In this document: positions 10,779 to 22,100 of the stretch, piece after piece | How positions within the stretch are numbered: position 1 is the first letter of the stretch | How the letters are laid out: each line of letters begins with the position of its first letter | Assembly (NCBI GenBank): GCA_965644315.1 | Contig: CBFFRQ010000039.1 | Span: 62,001 to 126,000, forward strand | DNA: 64,000 nt | Reading direction: 5' to 3' | Source of the DNA: Caecitellus pseudoparvulus | Lineage: Eukaryota; Protista; Bigyra: Bicosoecida | Translations under genes and position numbers: made by a program | The notes under the pieces: model-generated | The model's database searches: none | What the model saw: the letters and a program-made list of their open reading frames with translations, nothing else | Told to the model about the DNA's origin: nothing

Positions 10779-13700
10779 TCACCGCTCCAATTCATACAGC
10801 AGGATGAATGCCTGCGCCCCCAGCACGTCCTCCCGCTGGCAGGGCGTCACCTTTTCATCGTCGAAGCGGTGCCAGGCTCCCCGTGGCGCGGGGCCGCCGG
10901 CGCGTCGCCGCAGGCGAACCGAGGCAGGAGAGGCCAGGGCAGCTGCTGCGGCCTGCGCCTGGGCACGCCCCGTCAGAGGGGCCAGCACGGGCCTGCGGGG
11001 TGCCTCGCGCGTCGCACTGCCACTGCTGTCCGAGTCGTCGGCAGAGTCAGGCGCTGCGTCCAGGGCACTGCCGATGGCGTGGGGCTGCCAGCAGTACGCG
11101 ACATAGTGCCCCCGGTCGATGCCCCGCCCCTCATGCTGCACCATGCCTGCGAGGCAGTACGGGCGCTGGGCGGGGGGGGGCGGACACTGCTCCTGCAGCC
11201 CCTGCCGCATGTCCAGCCGCCCCCCCACGCAGACGTCAGAGAAGGACACGCCGCGCAGGGAGAAGCACACGTGCGCCTGTACCTTCTCCTTGGCCCCGTG
11301 CAGCGTCCACTGTGCGCGGTTCAGGTGCAAGGCGAGGATGCGCGGCAGGCGGGAGATGAGCACCTGCTTCCGCGCGGGTTGCTTGCTGCCACAGGCCTCG
11401 CATGCATAGGCGCAGTCGCCCTCCAGCGCCTCCACAGCCGCGAATCGCCGCAGGCAGGCTGACAGGGAGATGGGTCCGGAGAATGCGGGCGCATCCTTGC
11501 CTCGTCGCCCTCCTCCGCTGCCGCCTCTCCGCCCGGCTTTGCGCTTTGTCGTGCCATGCGCCACACCCAGCGACTGCGCCAGCACAACCTCAACATCGTC
11601 TGCCGCCGCACACTCCCCAGAGGTGTCCACATCCAGGGACAGGGATGTGAAGTGCTGCTGCGTGACGCTCTCCTTGCCGCATGTGTCACAGCGGATGATG
11701 GTGGCAGTGGCCCCCTGCAGTGTGTCGCGCACGAACGCCGAGGCGGGGAACCGTGGGAAGGCAACCTGGTCATCTGCGCCCCGTGTGGAAGTTGCTGCGT
11801 CCTTCGGGGGGCTCGGGCCGGCCTCGCCTGCCTCACTCTCCGCCCCTGCAGCGCACGTGACAGCGTCGGCCTGCGCTGCTCGCTTGGGCGGCACTCGCTT
11901 GGGCGGCCTGGTCGTGCGCCTGGGCTGCCGTTTGCCAGCTGCATCGCCGGCTGGCGTTTGTGCTTTCGGTGTGCTGGGCCGTGGCTTGCTCTTGGCGCTG
12001 CCAGTGGACTGTGGGGAGGCTGCCTTGGCAGCGGCCTTTCCCCCACGCTTGGGGCGTTTGGGAGGTGAACCGACACCGGCCCCTTTCGTTGTGCCAGGGG
12101 CCTTGGACCTGGAGCGCTTCCCGCCCCCAACTGCCTGTGCACTTGGCTTTGCACTGGGGGGGGGGGGCTGCTTGGTAGCCGAGCTTGCCGCTGCCGCGCG
12201 ACCGCGTGTCTTGAGCCCCACCCGCTTGGGCCGAGGCGTGGTGCTGCTCCCTTTCCGCCCAGTGCTTGAAGCTTCAGCCGCCTCGTCTGCACGGGGGCGC
12301 TTGCCAGCTGTAGGGCTGGGTGCGGGGCTGTCGTGCGTTTCGCCCAGAGCCCGTGGCGCCTTGAACGCAGCACGACTCCGCGCTCCCTTTCGCAGCCCGA
12401 TGCGACCGCCCCCAAGCAAGTGCAGGGCAGTGGGCTGCCCAGTGGAGGGAGCCCCAGTGCCAGTGGGAGCTCCCAGCACGCCAGCCAGGGTGTCAGTTGC
12501 CAGCGGTGCGAGCAGCGTGCTCATGGGCCGAGCGTCTGCAGCAGGGCGTGGCAGGGCCCCTGGGGGCTTGGGTGCACCCCCCCTCAGCAGCTCTTCATTC
12601 AACTCGTCCAGAATGGACGTGAAGAACTCTTGTGCGTCTTGCTGGGCGTAGGAGCGGAAGTGCGGCAGCAGGCGCCACACTGCGCGGACGAGCCCACCCG
12701 GCGTGATGACGGCCCAGCGCCCAGACCACACCAGGCGCGTGATGGCTGAGAGCAGAATGGTGAGGGAGTGCACGTCGTTGTGAAACATGTACAGCGTCGT
12801 GGAGGGGGCACTGGGCGTGGCGGCCGTGTCTGGCGCCGGTGTCTGCACCGGTGTGCAGGGGGACGCCACACTGCTCTCACTGCCGCCCAGGTCCAGGCGG
12901 TCCACGACGCTGGAGTCGGCAGCCTTGGGGCCCAGGGAGGGGGTGGTGTTCGCGACCTCGGCGATGGTGCGCTGGCTGCTGGTCCCTACAGCCACGCTGG
13001 CGATGGTGGTGCGCGGCTTGGACCGCACCGCTGCCGCCACGCTGCCTGGGGCCCGGCGGCTGGCCCTGGCTTTGGCGGGACGGGGGCCGTCCTGTACGAC
13101 CAGGCTGCGGTGCCCAGCGCTGTCCCCGCCGACGCTGGTGCGGCGCGACATGTCGTCGAACACCTCCGACGTCGCTTGTCGCACCAGCCGAGGCGGCGCC
13201 GACAGCAGGAACACCGACGCCTCGTCCTCCACCTGCTGCAGCCCAGACACCACCCCTGTGCCCAGTCCCGCCATGCCACTGCCTGTGCCAGAAGGCGGAG
13301 GGGGCTGGAGTGCGCTGTCCGGAGCGGTCTGTGACGCCAGGTCGCGCTCGAGCGACAGCATGCCCAGCACCGGCGACGCCTGAGCTGCCAGCACAGACGA
13401 GTCCATGCCGCCCGGGGATGAGACGTCCACTGGCGCGGGGCGTGGGGCGCGCAGGCCGTGACCAGGGGTAGCCCGGGGAGCGATGCCAGATCGCGCCGCC
13501 CCTGCCACGGCAGCTGCAGCTCCGGCGCCAGTCAGGCGCTCAATGCGCGTGTCACCGGAGTACGCAAACTGCTGCAGGGAGGTGAAGAAGCGCTTCCAGC
13601 GGCGCGTGTGCACGAGCACTTGCGTGACGGCGTTGATGTAGCAGGTGTTGCCCAGGTTCTTCATGCCCGTTCGCCCGCGAGGCAGCTTCTTGTGCCGGCG

Positions 13701-14897
13701 GATGGCGGCTGAGATGGCAGAGGCGCCCCGAGCCCCACCCTCGTCAGAGCTGGCACCACTGTCGCTGTCCCAGTACCCCGACACGACGCTCCAGCCGCCA
13801 AAGTCCGTCTCGTACCCTGCATCTGGGGCGCCGGGAGGGCTCGGGGGCCCCTCCAGCTGTGAGTCCAGCAGCTCCACCGTGCCCTGCGTCAGCGACTGGG
13901 ATGCCTGTGCCAGCTGCGAGCCGGAGGGGTCTGTCGCCGCCCCAGCGCCAGACACGGCTCCAGACGTACTTTGCGAGGCGGCGGCAGCCGAGGGCGGCGC
14001 CGCGCCCCCGCCTGCCGCCTCAGCCTCGCTGCCGACACTGACGGCGCCAGAGGCGGATGCGGCCGTGGACCGCGTGCGCTGAAGTGGTACCGTGACAGCT
14101 GCGGTGCTGCGCCCCCCTCTGGCCCTGTTCCATGAGAAGAACACCTTGGCTAGAGTCAGGCGGCGGTGCCAGACGACAGCCGTCTGGTACAGGTCACTCA
14201 GGCGCTGCAGCTGCAGGGCACGGGGAGGGAGGCCGGGAAGGCTGCCAGAAGAGGGCAGGGACGTGCTGGGCGTCGCAGCTGTGCCCCTGCGGGTGGTCAG
14301 GCCCGCCACCCGCCCGTCTGTGAGGATGTGCAGCTGCTGCCGCAGCAGGGCGATGTCGCCACGCGGGTCCGCCCCCTGCGCGTCAGGCAGCACCCACTCG
14401 TCACACTTGTAGCAGAACACCGTGCCGTCGGGCAGGTGCATGCCCAGGGTGTGTGAGGGGTTGGCGCGAAAGTGCTTCAGAGCGTGCTGGCCAGGTTGCT
14501 GCCGACCACAGCCGGCGTGGCCGCACGTGAGGCACACCACCACGTCGGCTCGGCACGCACACTCTGCCTGGCTGCATCCCCACAACACAGGCCGGTTCAA
14601 GGTGGGCCACACGGCGTCCCGGCTCACAGCGCCGCCGTGAGTGCAGGATTTGAAGGCTTTGCCTGGAGCGGTGGCGTGGGCCTTTGCGCTGGTGGGAAGC
14701 GATGGCGCACGAGGGCGCTTTGAGCCGCCTACTGGCGCCTTGACTACCATGGCTGGCGATGTGCCGCCCTTTGCCCTATCTGCCTGCTGTGGCGAGGCGT
14801 TGGAAGGGGGGGACTCCGAGGCGGCCTCTGGCTGCGCCGTTGCCAGGCGCTTGGACCGGCGCACGCCCCCGCCTGAACGGGAGCGAGTGCGGACCAT
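10779..14897 (-). CDS. USP44: Ubiquitin-specific protease, USP44/USP49-like (zf-UBP + split USP catalytic domain)
   Basis: zf-UBP: CLTCGHAGCGR...HALKHF...HTL...VFCYKCDEWV. Cys box GMKNLGNTCYINAVTQVL. WSGRWAVITP...VWRLLPHFRSYAQQDAQEF is typical of USP44/49. His box HEGRGIDRGHYVAYC, then WHRFDDEKV and AFILLYE. Large low-complexity insertions. Confidence 0.88.
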   Translation of the reverse strand: MVRTRSRSGGGVRRSKRLATAQPEAASESPPSNASPQQADRAKGGTSPAMVVKAPVGGSKRPRAPSLPTSAKAHATAPGKAFKSCTHGGAVSRDAVWPTLNRPVLWGCSQAECACRADVVVCLTCGHAGCGRQQPGQHALKHFRANPSHTLGMHLPDGTVFCYKCDEWVLPDAQGADPRGDIALLRQQLHILTDGRVAGLTTRRGTAATPSTSLPSSGSLPGLPPRALQLQRLSDLYQTAVVWHRRLTLAKVFFSWNRARGGRSTAAVTVPLQRTRSTAASASGAVSVGSEAEAAGGGAAPPSAAAASQSTSGAVSGAGAATDPSGSQLAQASQSLTQGTVELLDSQLEGPPSPPGAPDAGYETDFGGWSVVSGYWDSDSGASSDEGGARGASAISAAIRRHKKLPRGRTGMKNLGNTCYINAVTQVLVHTRRWKRFFTSLQQFAYSGDTRIERLTGAGAAAAVAGAARSGIAPRATPGHGLRAPRPAPVDVSSPGGMDSSVLAAQASPVLGMLSLERDLASQTAPDSALQPPPPSGTGSGMAGLGTGVVSGLQQVEDEASVFLLSAPPRLVRQATSEVFDDMSRRTSVGGDSAGHRSLVVQDGPRPAKARASRRAPGSVAAAVRSKPRTTIASVAVGTSSQRTIAEVANTTPSLGPKAADSSVVDRLDLGGSESSVASPCTPVQTPAPDTAATPSAPSTTLYMFHNDVHSLTILLSAITRLVWSGRWAVITPGGLVRAVWRLLPHFRSYAQQDAQEFFTSILDELNEELLRGGAPKPPGALPRPAADARPMSTLLAPLATDTLAGVLGAPTGTGAPSTGQPTALHLLGGGRIGLRKGARSRAAFKAPRALGETHDSPAPSPTAGKRPRADEAAEASSTGRKGSSTTPRPKRVGLKTRGRAAAASSATKQPPPPSAKPSAQAVGGGKRSRSKAPGTTKGAGVGSPPKRPKRGGKAAAKAASPQSTGSAKSKPRPSTPKAQTPAGDAAGKRQPRRTTRPPKRVPPKRAAQADAVTCAAGAESEAGEAGPSPPKDAATSTRGADDQVAFPRFPASAFVRDTLQGATATIIRCDTCGKESVTQQHFTSLSLDVDTSGECAAADDVEVVLAQSLGVAHGTTKRKAGRRGGSGGGRRGKDAPAFSGPISLSACLRRFAAVEALEGDCAYACEACGSKQPARKQVLISRLPRILALHLNRAQWTLHGAKEKVQAHVCFSLRGVSFSDVCVGGRLDMRQGLQEQCPPPPAQRPYCLAGMVQHEGRGIDRGHYVAYCWQPHAIGSALDAAPDSADDSDSSGSATREAPRRPVLAPLTGRAQAQAAAAALASPASVRLRRRAGGPAPRGAWHRFDDEKVTPCQREDVLGAQAFILLYELER

Positions 14898-15374
14898 GCT
14901 GCGAAGCGGCCTGATAAATTGTACTTGCTTTGTTAGGAAAAGCTAACCGAGAGCGCTCCGCCCCTGAAGGCTGCCCTGCTGTTGAAGGGAATGGAGTGAA
15001 CGTTTCACGCCAGCGTTTCGTTCGCAGGCACGCGCAATGTTTGAACTCGAAAAACAACCCCAGCTTCCCGCAAATCGCCTGCGTGACAAACCTGGCGGAT
15101 ACTCACAGCTGACAGAAATAATCCGCCCTGGCTGTCTGCTCCGTCCTGCAGCTCAATTCGGCAGCCGCCAAAATAGCCCAAAAACAGTGCCTGGCTCGGC
15201 GCTTTCTGCCAGGCTTGGTGGGGCCGGGGCCTCGTAGCGCGCTCCCTGGGTGCAGGGGAGACCTGGCCAGTGCGCGCTGCAGTGCGCGAAGCCGAACCCA
15301 CGCGTGAGGTGGGGTGTTTTGGTCGTGCCCTGCTCGCTGCCTCGCTGCGACATGCATTTCTCTCACACTGCCCC

Positions 15375-16022
15375 TCACCGAGCACTCTGCAGCACTGTCC
15401 AGGACACCTGCAGCAGCTGGGCGACAGCGGGGAGGAGAGACACGTAGGCCGCAGGGCGCACCTGCAGCGTGCCTCTGAAGTCCACCTCCATGGTCAGGAA
15501 GTGGAAGACACCCAGTGCGCTGGCGGTGGAAGCCAGTGCGTCAGCCCACGGCAAGATGGTAACGGACACCAGGACCGCCACGGCCAGAGCGGCGTGGCCG
15601 ACGATGACAGACAGCACTCGGAGCGCCTCCATGCGCTGCTTGGTCGTCGCCTTGCCCAGGGCGGTCGCTGCTGCCTCTTGCAGAGGGCGGTGCAGGGCCG
15701 GCCACCACCGTTGGCGTGGTGCGAAGAGAACCACGCTGAGGGCGCTGTGCACGAGAAGCAAGCTGAGGCCCGCATCAAAGAGCCCGGATCCCCCATCTGA
15801 CAGTGCCTGGGGCACAAAGGGCACGTGTTTGGCGACCAACAGCGGCAGCCCTGCGAGCGCGAGGACTTTGTTCACCTCCCCAAGCGAGTGATGCCAGCCC
15901 TTCCGCAGCGCAAGCACGTTGACCAGCTGCTGCACGTCCAGCCGTTTGAGGGTCTTGTCGTATGCGGTGTACGTCAAGACAAAGAAGGCCACCACCAGGG
16001 CGGCTGCAACGGCGGAGTTCAT
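15375..16022 (-). CDS. Uncharacterised multi-pass membrane protein (~215 aa)
   Basis: ATG at 16022 (MNSAVAAALVVAFFVLTYTAYD...). About 5-6 hydrophobic segments and a motif-like C-terminal stretch HFLTMEVDFRGTLQVRPAAY. The upstream part of the ORF-track ORF overlaps RRP5 and is not credible. Confidence 0.7.
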   Translation of the reverse strand: MNSAVAAALVVAFFVLTYTAYDKTLKRLDVQQLVNVLALRKGWHHSLGEVNKVLALAGLPLLVAKHVPFVPQALSDGGSGLFDAGLSLLLVHSALSVVLFAPRQRWWPALHRPLQEAAATALGKATTKQRMEALRVLSVIVGHAALAVAVLVSVTILPWADALASTASALGVFHFLTMEVDFRGTLQVRPAAYVSLLPAVAQLLQVSWTVLQSAR

Positions 16023-16070
16023 GGTGCTGCCACTGAATGCAGAGCAGAGCAACTTGCCGTGTGTGCCTGC

Positions 16071-16080
16071 CAATTTCCGC
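16071..16080. promoter_or_regulatory. CAATTTCCGC motif, ~50 nt upstream of the membrane-protein ATG
   Basis: Exact 10-mer that recurs near several gene starts (see findings). Confidence 0.45.
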
Positions 16081-16170
16081 AACCTCTCCGGGCGTCCCGA
16101 CGCAGCCAGGCACGGCAAAGGATTGAAACCAAGTGTGAGATGGAAAGAAGTGTCTGCACGTGTGCATTGC

Positions 16171-19100
16171 TCATTCATCGCTGTCTGACTCCTCGTCGGA
16201 GGAGCCCTCGTCACTGCTGCCGCTGCCGTCGCTGTCGCTGGACCCGCTGGAATCCCCAGAGTCAGACTCTGAGCCAGACTCTGAGCCAGACGCAGCGGGC
16301 TGCAGGCGCGCAATGTACGCTTGTGCCAGACGGGCCACCTTGGCTTGCCCGGCCTCGTCGCCATGCTCGCGCTCCAGCGCCATGAACTTGTTCAGCGCCG
16401 ACTTCATCTTGTGCGTGCCCAGTGGCGAGGCGGTCAGTCGCTCCAGCAGCGCACGCGCCTTGTCCACGTTGCCTGCCTTCACCTCGGCGTCCACGAACAC
16501 GAACCAGAGGTCCAGGCGGCTGGGGGCGCTGGCCAGCAGCCCCTCCATGAGCGTGCGCCCGCGCTCCACGCTGCCGGCGGGGGAGCGCATCTCCAACAGC
16601 GCGAAACGCTGCACCAGCCCTGTGTGGTGGCGCTTGTGGGCGCCACGCAGAGCGCGCTCCAGCAGGGATCGGCCCGCCTCCACGTTCCCTGCGCGGAAGC
16701 GAGCCTCTGCCCACGCCAGCCACAGCTTGGGGTTGTCCCCGTACTTGCGCACGGCAGTGTTGTACACCTTCTCCGCAGCCTGTGGGCGCCCCCGCTCTTC
16801 GTGGATGCGGGCGACCTTCAGCTGCACAGTCTCAGGGTCGTTGCTGGCAAGGGCTCGCTTGTACACCGCCTTGAAGGACGCGTCGTCGCCGTTGGCGGCC
16901 TCCAGGTTCAGGTACGCCAGCCACAGGCTCAGCTTCTCGGCAGGTTCACGGAAACGCAGCGCCGCCACGGCACGCTCAGCTACCGCGCGCGCCGCATCCA
17001 TGTCTGTCAGGGACACGTGCCAGGCCATGTACCGGATCCAGCCAAAGGCCTTGCCCGGCTCGGCCGTCACGAGGCGCTCGAAGTCGTCGGCTGTCTCAGG
17101 CGCAGCGCCGTCGTCGGCCAGCCGCGCCTCCGCGGCAGCCACGCCCAGTCCACGCTTGGAGCTGGCCTTGGGCGCCTTCTTGCCGGTACGAGACATCGCG
17201 GCGCCAGCCTCCTCCTCCTCCTCTTCGCTGTCAGACACCGCTCGCCCAGTGCCCCAGTCGAAGCCAGACGTGCCAGCGGCAGCGCCAGCGTCGTCATCCG
17301 TCTCCGAGTCAGAGCCAGAGTCAGCCGAGGCGCTTGGTGAGGCCTCACCCTCGTCGCTGGAGGCACCTGCTGCCGTGGCGGCCGGTGCCGCCCTGTCGCT
17401 CAGTCCCAGCATGTCCGCCATGGCACTCTGCAGGCCAGCACTGACCTGCACCTCCGCGACATCCACGTCGGAGTCAGAGTCTCCCTCGAAGCGCATGGCG
17501 CCCTCACCGCCATCAGAGTCTGACGCGTCGCTGTCGCTGTCGCTGCCACTGCCGGACTCTGACGCAGAGCTGTGCAGCTGCTCCAGGTCGGCCAGGGTCA
17601 CGACGCCCCCTGCGTCTCTTGCCGCAGCGACCTTCTCAGGGTCCATGCTCACGGCCACCTTGCCGTCCTCCTTGGTGCCCAGCACCACCACCTGCACCTT
17701 GTCCCCAGCGCTGTACATGTCCGGCAAGTCGTCCGCCCGCACGGCGCCGCCCTCGTCGCTGCCGACCTCGCTCACGTGGGCAAGTGCGCGGCAAGTGCTC
17801 ACAGCGCCAGACCCAGGCATGCACAGGTTGACAAAGACGCCGAAGGGCGCTGCGTTGCGCACGACGGCGGTCCACACCTGCCCTGGGAACACATGGCCCA
17901 GGGGCAGGGGCTCCTCGGGCCCCAGGCTGCCCACCCCCCCCCGGGACCCTGCGCCAGACACGTCCGAGGGACGCAGGGACAGGTCCAGGCGGCCCCCGCC
18001 AGGCGCCTTGGCTGACGGCACGAACGCCTTCACCTTGGCCGTCACCAGCTTGCCAGGGGGGAAGTCACTGGCCGTGTTCTTGACAAAGCCGTCAGACAGG
18101 TCGCTGAGCAGGACACGGGCGGTGACCAGGGGCGTCAGGCGCACGAAGCAGCCCTTGGGCGTCGTGGACGCCACGTAGCCCTTCACGATGGCGCCGACGC
18201 TGTGGGCGGGCGCCACCTCCGCCTCCTCCACTGCCGCCAGCACGCTGGGTGTCAGGCCTCCCTCCACCGCCTTGGCGATGAGGGTGGGCCGCAGGGTGGC
18301 CTGCAGCTGGCCGCTGGAGCCAGGAGCTGTGCGCAGCAGCGCCACCTGCACCAGGGTGCCCTCAGGCACGCCGTCGAATGGGTGGGACCGCCACTCGGAC
18401 GGCTCAGCGGAGTGCGTCGCATCCACTGTCGCAAAGCCCTGCCGCACAGTGGCGCCAGCAGCTGTGCGGGCACCCGGGAAGACGCCGCCTGGCAGCGCCA
18501 AGCGCAGGCGGGGGCCGGCGTGCTGAGGGGGCGGCACGATGGTGGTGGAGCCCTTGGCAGCCACCTCTGCCGCCGCAGCTGCCCGGATGAGGGCGCCCTG
18601 GGAGGCGGCGTCCTCCTCCCGCGGCAGCGTGACCATGGCCACGGACAGGGTGCCCGGTTTGCGGGGCACGCCGGCGGTGCGCATCCACTCCTTCACAGTG
18701 GCCAACGCCTGTGCCGTGGCGCCTGTGCTGGCCTCGCCTGAGGCAGGCACTGCAGCGGCGGCGGGTGTCAGGGCCGCGGGGCCCAGCTCGTGCCATGCCA
18801 GCAGGCCCAGGCGGATGCTGCCGGTAAGGATGACAGAGGAGAAGCCCTTGAGCGCGACCTCCGCACTGGCCTTGCGAGGGTGGCTGCCCTTCTTCTTGCG
18901 CTGCTTCTTGCCCTCGGCGGCAGCGTGGGAGGGCGTGCGGGGGGTGGCGCCGGTGATGACCAGCGGCACGATGCAGCCCAGGCCCCGGGAGCCGATGACC
19001 TGCTTCACCTGCTTCAGCATGATGCCCGCCTCCAGGACAGGCACAGACACCACGGCGCCGCCGCCAATCCCGACGAGGACGCTGGCAGGCGCGACAGGGC

Positions 19101-22100
19101 CCAGGGGCGTGGCGCCAGGGGCGGCGGTTCCTTGGGGCTCAGGCCGGGAGGAGGCAGGTGTGGTGCCCAGCACGATGCCCCAGCCCAGCGCACCCACACC
19201 CAGCCCCACGCCGTACCGCAGCCATGAAGTGAGAGGTGTGTTGGACAGGAACAGCGCCTCCGTGGCGCCCGCGGGAGACGATGCGTCGCTGCCAGGCACG
19301 GCCACACCGCTGCTCTGCACGATGGGCGTGGACAGGGCCGCCGCCGTCGGGGGCTGCGGCGCCGGGGTCCCCAGCAAGGGGGGTGCCCACACCTCCACGG
19401 CAGAGGCTGCCGGCGTTGGCTCCGGCGCCTCTGCCTCTCGCCCGCGCTTGCTGCTCTTGCGCTTCTTCTTGGCGCTGGGTGGGGCGCCCGCCGCCGAGCC
19501 GGGCTGTGAGGCGGCCAGGGGGCGGTGGCTGGCCAGCTCGCCTGCCTCGGCATCCACGTCGGCGTGACGCGCCGTCACCACGATGTGGACGTGCCCCACG
19601 GAGCCCTCCTGCCCAGAGGCGGCCACGCGCACAGACACGACCTTGACCAGCACCTTCTGCCCCTCCCGCAGGGACGGCACGGGTGCCCGAGCGAAAACTC
19701 CCTTGAGCTGAGGAACGGCCCGCCCGCCCAGCTCGGCGTCCGAGCCTGCACGGCCCGTGTACGGGTCCCACTCCACTGCCTCGGACAGGGGGAGGGAGGC
19801 AGTGTACACGCCTGTGACGCCTGCCAACGCCACGGGCGCGGAGGTGTCTGCGACGCCCACCACCGGCTTGCCGTGCAGTGCGCCCGGCACATTGCGCACC
19901 GTCGCACGCACCAGCTGCCCGGGGCGCAAGGAGGCAGCGGGCACGGTAGGCTTGGGCTCGGGCTTGGTGCCCGCTTGGCTGCTGCCCTTGGCCAGGGGGG
20001 GTGAGTTGCCCCCTGCGGCAAAGGGCAGGGACAGCAGCAGGGGAGCGGCATCTTGCCCATCCTCGTCGTCGGTTGAGGGCACGCGAGTCACCATGGCGAG
20101 ATGGGTGGAGCCCACCTCTGGGCCATCCGGCACTCCTCCCGCCAGGGGGATGCTGTACTCACACAGGGAGGCCAGGCCCACCACCACGCCGTCAGCACCG
20201 TCCTTGCCCACTGGCACCAGCACACTGGCGTAACGAGCGTCTCGCCCGATGTGTCCCACCGTCACAGTCACCAGCTGACCTGTCTGCAGTCCCGAGTTGA
20301 CCGCAGCAATAGCGCGGGGTGCGCCTCCAGCGCCGCTGGCGCTCTTGCGTGAGCGCTTCTTGGAGGGCGCCTCTGCCGGCTGCAGGGCCAGGCTGCCGAT
20401 GATGACGTCAGCGAAGATGTTCAGGTCCAGCACGTGCAGCGTGACGACGTCGCCGACGCCAGGCAGCGACGGCGCATGCTCGGCAGGTACGAAGGCCTCC
20501 CCTGCGAACGGTGCGCCCTCCACCTCCGTCACTCGCACAGCGACGCCCTCCTCCGTCACGCCCCTCACGACCCCGGAGCAGGCCGCGCCCACTGGTACGC
20601 GGGCCCGGGACAGAGCAGGCAGCGCCTCAGCCTCAGCGTCCTCTGCCGCCCGCTCAGCCTCCTCTTCAGAGTCAGAGGCGTCACCTTGAGCGTTGCCACC
20701 CTCGGCCATGCTCTGCATGAAACGCATGAGGCGGTCCTCGTCCACCAGCGTGTCGCGCAGGCAGCCTGCCCACAGCTGCGCCGCCACCTCTGCCTGGGCG
20801 GAATTGGGCGCCGCAACACGGGCCATGGCGCGTGTGACGACAGAGGGCCGTGTGTCCAAGTTCACCTGTGAGCTGGAGGGCGTGCTGGACACCACTGCCA
20901 GCACCGTCTGCCCCTCCACCAGCACCTCCTCGGGGCTGTCGATGAGCGCGTCTGACAGCTGGCTGGGCGGCGCCAGACCCACGGCGTCCCCCAGGCACTG
21001 GATGAAGGCACCCACCGACGTGACGCCCGACACATACCCCGCCACCAGCGCGCCCTTGCGCACACCCGCCCACGAGGTCGGGCACAGCAGGGTGGAGCGG
21101 GAGGCAACGCCCTCCTCCGCGGCAGCTGCCTCGGCGTCCGCCTTGCCCACGCCCAGCACTCCACGCTGCCCAAGAGCTGCAGCCAGGAGCAGTGGCTTCA
21201 GGCTCAGCAGGGGCACATCCACTTGACCGCGTCCGCTGGCCTTGGCAGCGGCCAGGGCAGGCTGCAGGGCCGTCGCAAGGTGCCCGTGCTTCGCGAGGGT
21301 GGAGGCGCCCACCTTGCGCCTGCCCACGACCAGGGCGGTGTCCAGCGCCTCGCCCTCCTGCAGGGCACGTGCCAGTGCCACGGACAGCGTCGGGTCGTCG
21401 CTGGTGTGCGTCACGGGCAGCAGGGCCGGGGCGCCAGAGGGCAGGCGTAGCACCAGCACGGCCTTGTGAGCCTCCTCCACCGCCGCCTCATCCAGCTCCT
21501 CCTCGTCCGAGTCCAGGTCGTCCTCGGCAGCCCACGAGGCGGGCCGCCCCACGACGATGGCGCCAGAGACAGTGGAGCCCACCCTGGCCCCAGCCATGGC
21601 GGCCAGGTCAGCTGCGCCGCCTTCCGGTACAGCGTCAGCGTCCTCCTCGACGCCCTCCAGCTGCAGGGACATGGTCAGGCGCCCTGCAACGGCGTCAGTG
21701 TGCACGAGGCGAGCCTGCACGACCCGCCCCACAGGGTGCGATGCCGCCATGCTCTGCACAGTGGACGTGTCGGTACCGATGGCCTCCAGGTCGGCCTTGG
21801 GCACCAGCCCGTGCACGTTGCCAAACGCCGTGAGGATGATGCCTGCAGGGCGCACGGCGCTGACAAACGCGTGCACCACGGGCCTGTCCTCCTCGTCTGG
21901 GCCACCTGCAGCGATGATGGCGGCAGCTTGAGGGTACGACGTCAGCACTTGCAGAGGTGTCTGCACAAGGGTCGGCTTCAGCGTCACCATGACCAGGCGC
22001 CGGGCCGTGTCCACAGTCAACACACGCGCCTGCACTTCCGTGTCTGGGGCGAGCTTGGCTAGCACACGCGCAGGCACTGCCGCGTTGGCGCTGGCCGTGT

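Noticed and set aside
16160-18178. 672-aa plus-strand ORF, and similar long ORFs at 22108-23523, 35609-37237, 35878-37491, 6727-7953, 46842-48155 and 60639-62228
   Set aside because: These are antisense or alternate-frame shadows of real GC-rich genes: S/R/A-rich, no motifs, and stop-poor because of high GC3.
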